DNA from: Gemmatimonadales bacterium
GTDB taxonomy: Bacteria; Gemmatimonadota; Gemmatimonadetes; Gemmatimonadales; GWC2-71-9
Length of the DNA: 64,000 bases
Reading direction: 5' to 3'
Assembly (NCBI GenBank): GCA_965249575.1
Contig: OZ252244.1
Coordinates: forward strand, 256,001-320,000
Translations under genes and position numbers: made by a program
The notes under the pieces: model-generated
Database searches by the model: none
What the model was told of the DNA's origin: nothing
Seen by the model: the letters and a program-made list of their open reading frames with translations, nothing else
Shown here: positions 39,053 through 47,557 of the stretch, one piece after another
Numbering within the stretch: the stretch's first letter is position 1
How the letters are laid out: each line of letters begins with the position of its first letter

Positions 39053-39358
39053 TCAGCGCCTCTCAGGATCGGGTATTCGCAAGATGACGATCTCGCTATC
39101 CGCCGGCAGCCGGAGACCCAGGGCCTCCGCCCTGGGTATCAAGACCCCCCGGCTCCGCGCGCCTCGCACCCGCCGTTGCAACTCGGCTTTTCGAGCCTCC
39201 AGAAGCGACCGGGCGTTCCTCGCCTCGGCGAGGCGCGCGGCCGTCGCTACCGACGTCGTCTGCCGAGCGACGACCCACGCGAGCGCCACGAGGAAGAACA
39301 GCAGCCAAAGTGCCAACCAGTACCGCCCTCGTGCGGGTGCCCTCCTCTTAGCAACCAT
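39053..39358 (-). CDS. ftsL: Cell division protein FtsL-like
   Basis: Short TM plus coiled coil, between rsmH and ftsI. Confidence 0.7.
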   Translation of the reverse strand: MVAKRRAPARGRYWLALWLLFFLVALAWVVARQTTSVATAARLAEARNARSLLEARKAELQRRVRGARSRGVLIPRAEALGLRLPADSEIVILRIPDPERR

Positions 39359-40259
39359 TGGCCTTGCGGAACCCCCTCAGCCGCGCGCTCCGAGCACGAG
39401 GGTTCGTCGCAACTTCCGAGTCCGTCGCCCGGACTCCCTTCCGGATGGTCAGCTCGCCAAGCGCCCGTCCGCGACAGGTACAGACCGGTAGCCGCGGCGG
39501 ACACACGCACCAGCGCGCCCACTCCGCGAACGCCTCCTTGGCCGCGCGGTCTTCACCCGAATGGTAACTAATGACGGCAATTGTTCCTCCGGGCACCAGC
39601 GCATCCCTCAAGGTCGGCAGCGCGATTCTGAGGGACTCGAGCTCGCCATTGACCTCGATACGAAGGGCCTGAAACAGTCTCGCAAAATCCCCGGGACCGG
39701 AGCGGGAGCCCAGTGCGGCCCGAATGGCGTTGACGAAGTCGTCACTAGTCGTGAGGGGCCGGTTTTCGCGCCGTCGAATCACGATGCCGGCCAGGCGTCG
39801 GGCTCGTCGCTCGTCCGCGTAGTCCCGGAATATTCTCGCGAGCTCGACTTGTGGGCGGCGATTCAGCACCTCGGCCGCGGTTTCACCCCGACCGACCTCC
39901 ATACGCATGTCGAGCGGGACCCCCGGTCGGAAGGTGAAACCGCGACTGTCCTGATCGAGTTGTCGGGACGAGACGCCCAAATCGAGGAGGACCATGTCGG
40001 GCTTGAAGTCGCGAACAGCAGCGAGGACGTCCGGTGAGGCGAACGATCCCCCGAGCCATTGGATGCGGCCGTCGTCGAGGCGTCCGCGCGCGACACGAAG
40101 CGCGTCGGGGTCGCGATCCACCGCCAGCACCCGGGCGCCCGCCTCGAGAAAGAGGCGAGTGTGCCCCCCGTCACCCACGGTGCAGTCGACGACTCGTTTC
40201 CGGTCCTGAGCGAACCGGCTCACTTCTTCTCCCAGCACCGGGGCGTGGTACTCAGGCAT
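39348..40259 (-). CDS. rsmH: 16S rRNA m4C1402 methyltransferase
   Basis: HAPVL, DLGVSS, PLDMRM, FQALRIEVN, YHSGEDR, NPRARSA. Confidence 0.97.
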   Translation of the reverse strand: MPEYHAPVLGEEVSRFAQDRKRVVDCTVGDGGHTRLFLEAGARVLAVDRDPDALRVARGRLDDGRIQWLGGSFASPDVLAAVRDFKPDMVLLDLGVSSRQLDQDSRGFTFRPGVPLDMRMEVGRGETAAEVLNRRPQVELARIFRDYADERRARRLAGIVIRRRENRPLTTSDDFVNAIRAALGSRSGPGDFARLFQALRIEVNGELESLRIALPTLRDALVPGGTIAVISYHSGEDRAAKEAFAEWARWCVCPPRLPVCTCRGRALGELTIRKGVRATDSEVATNPRARSARLRGFRKANGC

Positions 40260-40273
40260 AGTTCACGACACGG

Positions 40274-40310
40274 CAAACGAATGGCCCCGCATGCCAGGCA
40301 TGCGGGGCCA
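40274..40310 (-). terminator. Hairpin downstream of tRNA-Asp
   Basis: TGGCCCCGCATGCC-A-GGCATGCGGGGCCA (40282-40310), followed on the minus strand by TTCGTTTG. Confidence 0.65.
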
Positions 40311-40336
40311 CTTCGGACCGAACCACGTCGAACGCA

Positions 40337-40410
40337 CGGGGCTGACGGGATTTGAACCCGCGGCCTCCGGTGTGACAGACCGGCACTCTAACCAGCTGAG
40401 CTACAGCCCC
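40337..40410 (-). tRNA. tRNA-Asp(GTC)
   Basis: GGGGCTGTAGCTCAGCTGGTTAGAGTGCCGGTCT-GTC-ACACCGG…GGTTCAAATCCCGTCAGCCCCG; CCA not encoded. Confidence 0.96.
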
Positions 40411-40426
40411 CCATTGCCAAACCCCA

Positions 40427-40455
40427 AGTATATACCGGTCTCCACACCGCCTCAA
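40427..40455 (-). promoter_or_regulatory. sigma70 promoter of tRNA-Asp
   Basis: TTGAGG-17bp-TATACT. Confidence 0.7.
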
Positions 40456-40461
40456 CCGTGA

Positions 40462-42189
40462 CTAGCTGCACTTATAGGCCGTCAGGGCTTGCGGAAGGAA
40501 TTCCTCGTATCGCGCCAGATTCCCGAGCACCTGATTTGCGGTCTCCGGCTGAACGCTCGCGCCGGCCGTCATTGCGTTCTTCGCGTTCGACACCAAGCCC
40601 TGCAACTCTCGGAGCGGACCGCATTCCTTTGTCTGTACGTCCTTGGTCCCGAGAACGAATAGATAGCTGAGCCCCTTGAAGAAATTGGCCTGCGTCGTCA
40701 ACTGCCCCTGGACGTCGTGTGTCAGCGACTTATCGAGCAGCATGATCGCGAGCTCGGGTTGTATGCGGGCCTGCACAAGCTTCGTGGCCGGCTGCAGATA
40801 CAGGACCGCGACGTTCATACTGTGCCCTTCGTCGTCGGATATCTGCGTAACGCGCGTCAGGAGCGAATCCGCTGTTGCGATCGCGGTCGTATCGAGCGGA
40901 GCAACGCTGTCGATGACGAGATCTTCGAGAATGATCTGAGCGGCCGTGAGCGGGCTCGCCACGTCCTGCGGGTCCAGCGAGCTCACGCGCAGGTAGGCGA
41001 TCCTGGCCGAATCCCGGAGGCCCGCTTGTCTGAGTGCGCCCGCGTGCGCGCGCCAGAACGGAACGGACGACGGGGCGTGCTCAGCGGCTTCACCGGACCA
41101 CTCCAGCAGCGCAGCCGAATCGGACAGCGCCTGAACCACACCCACGATCTTGGAGTAGAAAATCGTGTCCCCGACGAGGCTCGAGTCGACATCGTACTGA
41201 ACCACGAGCGCGTCCCTGGCACACGCCCAACTCTTGTTTTCGAGGCAAGCCCGTTCTTTCAACTGCAGGCTGGTCATGTCGCCGGGGCTGCGGGCAAGGC
41301 CTTCGTCGAGCAAGCCGATCGTCCGCTCGTAGTCCTTCGCCTGAAAGAACATCGCCGCGACGGACAGGCGCCGCCGGAGGTCCGTGGGATTGGCCGCCAC
41401 GTTCTTCGCGAACGCCTCGGCCGCGAGCAGCGTATCTCCACGAGTCTGATACAAGCGGCCGAGCTGCTCCCACGCCCTACCCAGCAGCGAGTCACCCGCC
41501 ACCGCGCGTTCGAGCATTGCAACCTGACTGTCAGCCTGTTGGGTCATCTGAAACACTTCGGCCGCGCATACCGCCGAGGACGGATGGTTCGGATACATCC
41601 GAAACGCGCGCTCGGCCCGATCGCGAGCGCTTCCGAGCTCACGTCGCACCCGCCGCTCCACGCAATCGCGTGCGTGCTCGGCCGCCTTGACCTGGCTGTC
41701 GAGCGAATCCACGATGACGTTGACCAGTTTCTCCGTCGTGAGGCCAGGCTGGGGATCGACGCTGAGCCAGCCAGACAGTCCCGAGCTGCGTTGATCGACG
41801 AGATGCAGCATGATTTGCGACGCCGAGTTCCGTGACAGCCGTCCCTCGATGTAGGCATCAGTGTTCATGAACGTCGCTAGCTGGCTCGCCCCGTTCGCGT
41901 CGAGCAGCGCATCGGGAGAGAAGCCGGACGAAGCGAGTGCCTCGCTGATCTGGTCCTTCGCCACGATTCGGAGCTTCAGCCGCATCTTGCCGTCCATCCG
42001 CTTTCGAATCGCATCGCCCAACTGAATCGCGTACGCCGAATCTTCCTCGGACTCCGGAAGTGGTGGAAGCACGAGTACCGACTGTCGATTGCGGCCCTGA
42101 GCGTAGAGGCCATCACTCACGAGCGGTGACACCCCCACCGCCACGGCGACCATCACGAGCGCACCGCGAATCATCACATTAGGCTGCAC
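40462..42189 (-). CDS. Exported TPR-repeat protein
   Basis: Signal peptide (…GLYAQ), alpha/beta N-domain, then TPR-like helices; GTG with GGAGGT SD. Confidence 0.75.
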   Translation of the reverse strand: MQPNVMIRGALVMVAVAVGVSPLVSDGLYAQGRNRQSVLVLPPLPESEEDSAYAIQLGDAIRKRMDGKMRLKLRIVAKDQISEALASSGFSPDALLDANGASQLATFMNTDAYIEGRLSRNSASQIMLHLVDQRSSGLSGWLSVDPQPGLTTEKLVNVIVDSLDSQVKAAEHARDCVERRVRRELGSARDRAERAFRMYPNHPSSAVCAAEVFQMTQQADSQVAMLERAVAGDSLLGRAWEQLGRLYQTRGDTLLAAEAFAKNVAANPTDLRRRLSVAAMFFQAKDYERTIGLLDEGLARSPGDMTSLQLKERACLENKSWACARDALVVQYDVDSSLVGDTIFYSKIVGVVQALSDSAALLEWSGEAAEHAPSSVPFWRAHAGALRQAGLRDSARIAYLRVSSLDPQDVASPLTAAQIILEDLVIDSVAPLDTTAIATADSLLTRVTQISDDEGHSMNVAVLYLQPATKLVQARIQPELAIMLLDKSLTHDVQGQLTTQANFFKGLSYLFVLGTKDVQTKECGPLRELQGLVSNAKNAMTAGASVQPETANQVLGNLARYEEFLPQALTAYKCS

Positions 42190-42263
42190 GGCCAGCGACC
42201 TCCGAGTTTGAACACTTCCCCCACTAATATGACCCTTCGATGCGCGTGCGTGTTCCACCCGCA

Positions 42264-42338
42264 TGGGCGAAGAGGGATTCGAACCCCCGACATCCTGCGT
42301 GTAAAGCAGGCGCTCTGGACCAGCTGAGCTATTCGCCC
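42264..42338 (-). tRNA. tRNA-Val(TAC)
   Basis: GGGCGAATAGCTCAGCTGGTCCAGAGCGCCTGCTT-TAC-ACGCAGG…GGTTCGAATCCCTCTTCGCCCA. Confidence 0.96.
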
Positions 42339-42357
42339 GCAGGGGCCTCGGTCCTCG

Positions 42358-42543
42358 TTAGAGGGCGAGACCCAAGGGAAACAGCACACAGTACCCCAGC
42401 ACCAAGAGCATCGGGGCCAATGTGGTATCTCCCTCAGACAGCAGCAGATAACCCACACCCAGCGATATCACGGCCGCCCCGAGCAGAATCGCGTTGATCG
42501 GCCCGAATCGGAGCCGGCCCGGGGAGGTGGTCTTGTCGGGCAT
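42358..42543 (-). CDS. Small two-TM membrane protein (DUF3098-like)
   Basis: FGPINAILL…GYLLL…TLAPMLLVLGY pattern. Confidence 0.7.
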   Translation of the reverse strand: MPDKTTSPGRLRFGPINAILLGAAVISLGVGYLLLSEGDTTLAPMLLVLGYCVLFPLGLAL

Positions 42544-42551
42544 AGACGTTA

Positions 42552-42580
42552 AGCGTAAGCCCGAGGTGCAAGTGCGTCAA
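42552..42580 (-). promoter_or_regulatory. sigma70 promoter for the small membrane protein/tRNA-Val (leaderless)
   Basis: TTGACG-17bp-TACGCT, ending 8 nt before the ATG. Confidence 0.65.
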
Positions 42581-43386
42581 GCACTTGGCCCAGGCTCCTC
42601 GGGGACCACGAGCCAGCCCTCATCGAGCGCCTCTCGGCGCTCTCGGTCGCGGCCTCGCCGCCAGATCCACAGCACGAACAAGACCACCGAGAGCAGGGTC
42701 CAAAACGCCCCAACCGAGGTGACAAATGACAGCCACCCATATCGCCGGGACAGCTCTTTTCGCCACAGGGCCTCGTACTGCGCCAAAGCGACACCGTGAG
42801 TCGTCCGGAGGGCCCGGTCGAAGTCCCGGGTCGCCCGCAGATTGGTAATCAGTGGCTCGAGCCCGCGCTGGCGGTCTATACCCGCGAGGAACTGCACGGC
42901 CGAGGTCGCCAGCGCATAGGCCGCCTTGGCGTGAGATGCACCACTGCGGAGATTCGCGTTCACCCGGTCCAAGGTCGGGGGTTCCCCAACGGCCAGTGCC
43001 CAGTTGACCCGGAGGGCATCGACACGCCCCCACTCCCCAGATGCATAGGCGGCGTAACCCTCGTCGAACCACAGGGGCGCCCTCGACACGGAACTCCGAA
43101 GCGCCAGATGCGCCAACTCGTGTCGGAGCACTTGTCTCGGGTCTCCTGACGTTCGCAGAACGATTGTGTTGGTACCGGGGAACGCTACCCCGGCACTCCA
43201 TGAGGGAACACGACCGCGGGTCACCGAATCAAACCGCTCGGCGGTGGCCGCGAGAATCACGTGAATGGGGCGATCCGAACGATGATCGGGAAGGCCGGGC
43301 CACGGTCCAGCCTGGTCCGCGAGCGCGGCGAGCGCCGTGGCCAACCTTCCCTCCCCTTCCCAGTGCACCGCTCTGATCCGGCCCAC
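42577..43386 (-). CDS. Peptidase MA-like zinc metalloprotease with C-terminal TM
   Basis: RHELAH (HExxH), PLWFDEGYA, AYA. True start may be upstream (~43440). Confidence 0.8.
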   Translation of the reverse strand: MGRIRAVHWEGEGRLATALAALADQAGPWPGLPDHRSDRPIHVILAATAERFDSVTRGRVPSWSAGVAFPGTNTIVLRTSGDPRQVLRHELAHLALRSSVSRAPLWFDEGYAAYASGEWGRVDALRVNWALAVGEPPTLDRVNANLRSGASHAKAAYALATSAVQFLAGIDRQRGLEPLITNLRATRDFDRALRTTHGVALAQYEALWRKELSRRYGWLSFVTSVGAFWTLLSVVLFVLWIWRRGRDRERREALDEGWLVVPEEPGPSA

Positions 43387-43433
43387 GTGGACGACTGACG
43401 GAGCCTGGATAACGGTCGCAGCCAGGACGAACC

Positions 43434-44297
43434 CTAGAAGTGTCGCGGCTCCTGCCCCTGTTCGATCGTTTCCAACGCTTCCTTACAGCGTTTCCCCCAT
43501 GGATTGAACTTGTTGGCCGCGTACCCGTCCGCCCACGTCTTCTGAGCGGCATCGCGATCCGCGGCATACCATTCCGACCACCCCAGCTCGTAATAGGCTT
43601 CAATGAGGTTCGGCCCCAACTTCAGCGTCTTGCGGAAGAACGTTTGCGCGTCTTCGTGCATCTCGCGCTCTGAGTACACGAGCCCGAGATAGTAATGGGC
43701 ATAGAGCGTCGCCTTCTTGTCGTTAGCCAGTCGTATAGCCTTCGAAAGGTGCTCGATCGCCTCGCCGAAGATTCGCTTTTTGAGACAGATATACCCGACG
43801 TTGATCCGTGCCAGCGAGTTGGCGGGCTCCTTCATGAGAACCTTCTGGAACGTGGCGAGTGCATCGTCGTAGTCTTCATGCTTCATCTGGGCCCACCCCA
43901 GAAGAGACTCCGCCTGCACGTCCCCAGGGGACAGCGAGAGCGCCTTGTTCAGGGCCTGAATGGCTCCGGCGTAGTCACCCAGCGACAGTAGGTTCCACCC
44001 CTTCTCGATGAAGGTCGACGCGCCGATGTGATCGGCATGGACGACCGGCACCGAACCGGTGAACTGGGGCGCTTGGTCGCCCACCTGTCCCTGGGCAATC
44101 TGCTTGTACTTGTCCACCAGAACGCGGATGTCTTCCTTCAGAGCCGACAGATCGGTAATCGACTGGTCCACGGTCTTGAAGAGCGTGATAATCTCGCGTT
44201 TGACTGCTTCACGCTCATCTCCGGTGCCGAGCGTCTCGAGCTTGTTGGCTATGGCCTGGTAGTTCGACCGCAGCGTAGCAACGATCGAGTCATTCAT
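43434..44297 (-). CDS. Coiled-coil plus TPR protein
   Basis: N-terminal helical hairpin and about 5 TPRs; overlaps cheW. Confidence 0.85.
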   Translation of the reverse strand: MNDSIVATLRSNYQAIANKLETLGTGDEREAVKREIITLFKTVDQSITDLSALKEDIRVLVDKYKQIAQGQVGDQAPQFTGSVPVVHADHIGASTFIEKGWNLLSLGDYAGAIQALNKALSLSPGDVQAESLLGWAQMKHEDYDDALATFQKVLMKEPANSLARINVGYICLKKRIFGEAIEHLSKAIRLANDKKATLYAHYYLGLVYSEREMHEDAQTFFRKTLKLGPNLIEAYYELGWSEWYAADRDAAQKTWADGYAANKFNPWGKRCKEALETIEQGQEPRHF

Positions 44298-44766
44298 GGG
44301 CCGCCTCCGCCATCAGTTGATCGAGTTCGAGCCGTTCCGTGGACGAGAGCAGCTTGCGCGCGGCGAGCATGATAACCATGTGTTCCCCGAGCGAGGCTAG
44401 CCCCGTGATGTACTCGGCCGCCAGACCACGGACCAGGGCCGGCGGCGGCTTGATCGCATCAGCCTCAACCCGGAGCACTTCCGACACCGCATCGACCACC
44501 ACGCCGACGCGCTCGTCGTCCCATGCCAAGATCATGATCCGTGTCTCCGGGTGTAAAGCGGCCGCCACACTCAGGCGCTTCCTGAGATCGACCACAGGGA
44601 CCACACCGTCGCCGTACGCCAATACCCCTTCGAGGAACACGGGTGCCTTGGGTAAGGGGGACGGAGCCTTGAACTCCAGGATCCGTTCCGCTTCGAAGAT
44701 GTTGATCGCGAAGTCTTGCTTCGCCACGCGAAAGCGGACCAGTTGGATGCGATCCTCTGTACTCAC
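44290..44766 (-). CDS. cheW: CheW-like protein
   Basis: LVRFRV…LPKAPVFLEGV…VPVVDLRKRL…GVVVDAVSEV. Confidence 0.9.
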   Translation of the reverse strand: MSTEDRIQLVRFRVAKQDFAINIFEAERILEFKAPSPLPKAPVFLEGVLAYGDGVVPVVDLRKRLSVAAALHPETRIMILAWDDERVGVVVDAVSEVLRVEADAIKPPPALVRGLAAEYITGLASLGEHMVIMLAARKLLSSTERLELDQLMAEAAHE

Positions 44767-45191
44767 GATCTGCCGCCTTCGGTTTCAGCTAGGCGCTCCG
44801 CCACCGCGCCGAGATCCAGAATCGGTATCAACTCGTCGCAGTAGCGTGCGACCGCACCCGCCCATGGCACCTGCCAGCCACTGGGGACCGGGAGTGGCGC
44901 TTCCCGCACCAAGTCGTCAATGTCGTCCACCTCGAGCGCAATCCGCCTGTCCCCGCTGCGGGTGAGTACAAAGGACTCCGCCGGTTCCGCTGGCAACCCC
45001 TCTCCGCCGAGCAGGGCGCCAAGCCCAATCAGCGGTACGTGCCACTGGCGAAACGGCATCACCCCGCGCACTGCGCGATGGGCGGCGGGCACTGCGACGA
45101 CCGGGACGGTCTCCGCCACTTCCACGACGTCGGTGAGGGGCACTCCGTACCGCCACTTCCCCGTCCGTACGACCAGGTATCCGCTGCTCAC
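44763..45191 (-). CDS. cheW: Divergent CheW-like protein
   Basis: [11 protein letters not shown]…VP…VRGVM…ALEVDDI…PILDL. Confidence 0.75.
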   Translation of the reverse strand: MSSGYLVVRTGKWRYGVPLTDVVEVAETVPVVAVPAAHRAVRGVMPFRQWHVPLIGLGALLGGEGLPAEPAESFVLTRSGDRRIALEVDDIDDLVREAPLPVPSGWQVPWAGAVARYCDELIPILDLGAVAERLAETEGGRS

Positions 45192-46276
45192 GGCACCGGC
45201 CGGCCAGCCAAGACCGCGTCGATCTTTGCAGCGATCTGCCCAAGTGGAACGACTTCGTCGGCCCCACCCGCGGCGATCGCCGCCTGCGGCATCCCAAAAA
45301 TGACGGATGAGTCTCGATCTTGCACGAGTCCCGTTCCTCCCGCATTCGATATCGCCAGCAAGCCCTCCGCCCCGTCCTGTCCCATTCCGGTGAGCACCAC
45401 ACCGACTGTGGCTGACCCGAAGACGTGGGCGACCGAACTGAACAGCGGGTCCGCCGCCGGACGCACCCCCCAGAGTGGCGCTTCCTGGCCGAGGAGAATG
45501 ACCGGACCGTCTCCTCCCTCCCGGACCTGCATGTGGTAATCGCCGGGGGCGATGTACACCGTATCGACGAGAACGGGAGCGCCATCGTCTGCCTCAACGA
45601 CCTGCATCGCGCTCGACTGGTTCAGACGCTCCGCCAGGCTCCGAGTGAACTTGGGAGGCATGTGCTGCACCACGAGCACCGCCGCACCCCTCCCTGGTTC
45701 CAGACGAGGCACGATTTCCGCCAACGCGCGCGGGCCGCCGGTGCTCGCGGCAATCGCCACAGCGATGCGAGCTCGTCCGGGAACCGCGCTCTCCCACGAC
45801 CGGCGCTCCGGGCGTCGTGGCACCCGGGCGAGCACCGACACGCGGGAGGGGTCGGCCGATCGCGCCGCCTCCAGCGCCCCAACCAGCGACGGCCCCATGC
45901 TCTCTAGCGCCGCGCGATCCGACCGCGAGGGCTTCGCCACCACTTCGACGGCGCCGAGCTCGAGCGCGCGGATGGCCGCCGCCGTCCCCGGTCCCACGTG
46001 CGCGCTTATCACGATGATGGGCCTGGGAGCCTCGGACATGATGTACCCAATGGCCCCCAACCCGTCGAGCACGGGCATCTCAAGATCCATGGTCACGATG
46101 TCGGGCTCGAGGCGATGCACCTTCGCCACAGCATCTTCCCCGTTTCTCGCGGTCCCGACGACCTCGAACCGGCTCGACCGATCGATCACATCGGTCAACA
46201 CCTGCCGCATGAGCGCACTGTCATCCACGACCAGAACGGACAGAACGCCTTCAGATAATGGCGGATTCACAGCCAA
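45188..46276 (-). CDS. cheB: Chemotaxis methylesterase CheB (REC + esterase)
   Basis: VVDDS, TMDLEMP; catalytic ASTGG, QHMP, TGMGQDG. Confidence 0.96.
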   Translation of the reverse strand: MAVNPPLSEGVLSVLVVDDSALMRQVLTDVIDRSSRFEVVGTARNGEDAVAKVHRLEPDIVTMDLEMPVLDGLGAIGYIMSEAPRPIIVISAHVGPGTAAAIRALELGAVEVVAKPSRSDRAALESMGPSLVGALEAARSADPSRVSVLARVPRRPERRSWESAVPGRARIAVAIAASTGGPRALAEIVPRLEPGRGAAVLVVQHMPPKFTRSLAERLNQSSAMQVVEADDGAPVLVDTVYIAPGDYHMQVREGGDGPVILLGQEAPLWGVRPAADPLFSSVAHVFGSATVGVVLTGMGQDGAEGLLAISNAGGTGLVQDRDSSVIFGMPQAAIAAGGADEVVPLGQIAAKIDAVLAGRPVP

Positions 46277-46745
46277 CCGATCGTACGGTGACGACCCCGT
46301 TCGCGACGTCGAACCACACGGACCGGCCGCGATCGCCGCCGACCGCTTCGGCCACGAGGGGGATGGCGGCCCGGCGGAGCCCTAACCGGCACGCCACGAT
46401 GTTTCGCTCCCCCATCGGCAGCTGACCGGCGGGGATCAGGGATGCGAACATGCTCGCCCCACCCACAAGTCTCGCCCGAACACGGCGAAGGTCGGCGCCC
46501 GCCTCCCCCAACGCCGCGGCGAGAATCGGGATCGCCGTTTCGGCACTCCGCGCCGGTTTACTCTGGTCCCGAGTAAGGGAGGCGGATGGAAGCAGAACGT
46601 GAGCCAACCCGCCCACCGTTAGCTCTGCGTCGTACAGAATGACGGCGACGCAGCTTCCCAGCCCAAACGAGACCAACGTGCCGGTCTTCTTGGCGACTTC
46701 GAATTCGCCCATTCGCACCACGTGGTCGACGGCGGTCGCAGTCAC
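46251..46745 (-). CDS. cheD: Chemoreceptor glutamine deamidase CheD
   Basis: [25 protein letters not shown]. Confidence 0.93.
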   Translation of the reverse strand: MTATAVDHVVRMGEFEVAKKTGTLVSFGLGSCVAVILYDAELTVGGLAHVLLPSASLTRDQSKPARSAETAIPILAAALGEAGADLRRVRARLVGGASMFASLIPAGQLPMGERNIVACRLGLRRAAIPLVAEAVGGDRGRSVWFDVANGVVTVRSVGCESAII

Positions 46746-47557
46746 CGTCCCCGGTAGATCCGCTCCCTCGGATCCTCCAGTTGCAGTCGGTCGCGGGCCG
46801 GACCAACGATCGTCTCGACCTTTCCCAACACCAGAAAACCGCCCGGAGTGAGCGCCTCCGCGAACGCGTGATAGAGCCGTTCCTGCATCGCGCGCTCGAA
46901 ATAGATCATGACGTTGCGGCAGATGATCAGGTCGTACTCAGCTCGTGGCGCAGCATCACAGGTGATGTCGTGACGCCGAAAACGTACGAGCCGGCGCACT
47001 TCGGGAAGAACCTGCACCTCGTCGCCACCCGTGAAGTAGCACCCCACCAGCGACGGGGTGAGCTCCGCGACGGCCTTCCGCGGATAGACGCCCCGTTCCG
47101 CCGTGCGCAGGCTGGGTGCGTCGATGTCGGTGGCGTCGATGTGGGCCGGCACTTCCAGTCCTAGCTGCGCTCTTCGCGCATGCTCCAGCCACACGATGGC
47201 CAGCGTATAGGCTTCCTCCCCAGTGGCGCACCCAACCGACCAGCACCGAGGGGCGTGGCGTCGGTGAGTACCGAGCTCGGGGAGACAGCGTGCGGCGACC
47301 GCCTCCCACGTCTCTGGATTCCGGTAGAAGCCGGTGACGTTTATGGTCAGCGCGGTGAGAAACCGCTCGTACTCCCGTTCATCCGTGTCCAGACGTGCGG
47401 AGTATTCGGCGAAGGTGCGCACACCGAGTGCCCGCATGCGTGTGGCGAGCCGCCGACGAAGGCAACTCTCCTTGTAGGATTCGCATACCACGCCGCGCGC
47501 CTCGGCGACTTTTCGCAAGAGCGCGGAGAGATCTGGATCGCGGTCGCTTGCGGTCAC
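46742..47557 (-). CDS. cheR: Chemotaxis methyltransferase CheR
   Basis: TINVTGFYRN, WSVGCATGEEAYT, ATDID, CRNVMIYF. Confidence 0.95.
   Translation of the reverse strand: MTASDRDPDLSALLRKVAEARGVVCESYKESCLRRRLATRMRALGVRTFAEYSARLDTDEREYERFLTALTINVTGFYRNPETWEAVAARCLPELGTHRRHAPRCWSVGCATGEEAYTLAIVWLEHARRAQLGLEVPAHIDATDIDAPSLRTAERGVYPRKAVAELTPSLVGCYFTGGDEVQVLPEVRRLVRFRRHDITCDAAPRAEYDLIICRNVMIYFERAMQERLYHAFAEALTPGGFLVLGKVETIVGPARDRLQLEDPRERIYRGR

Noticed and set aside
40337..42338. Genomic island at the tRNA genes
   Set aside because: No integrase, duplicated tRNA 3' end or evident compositional shift.
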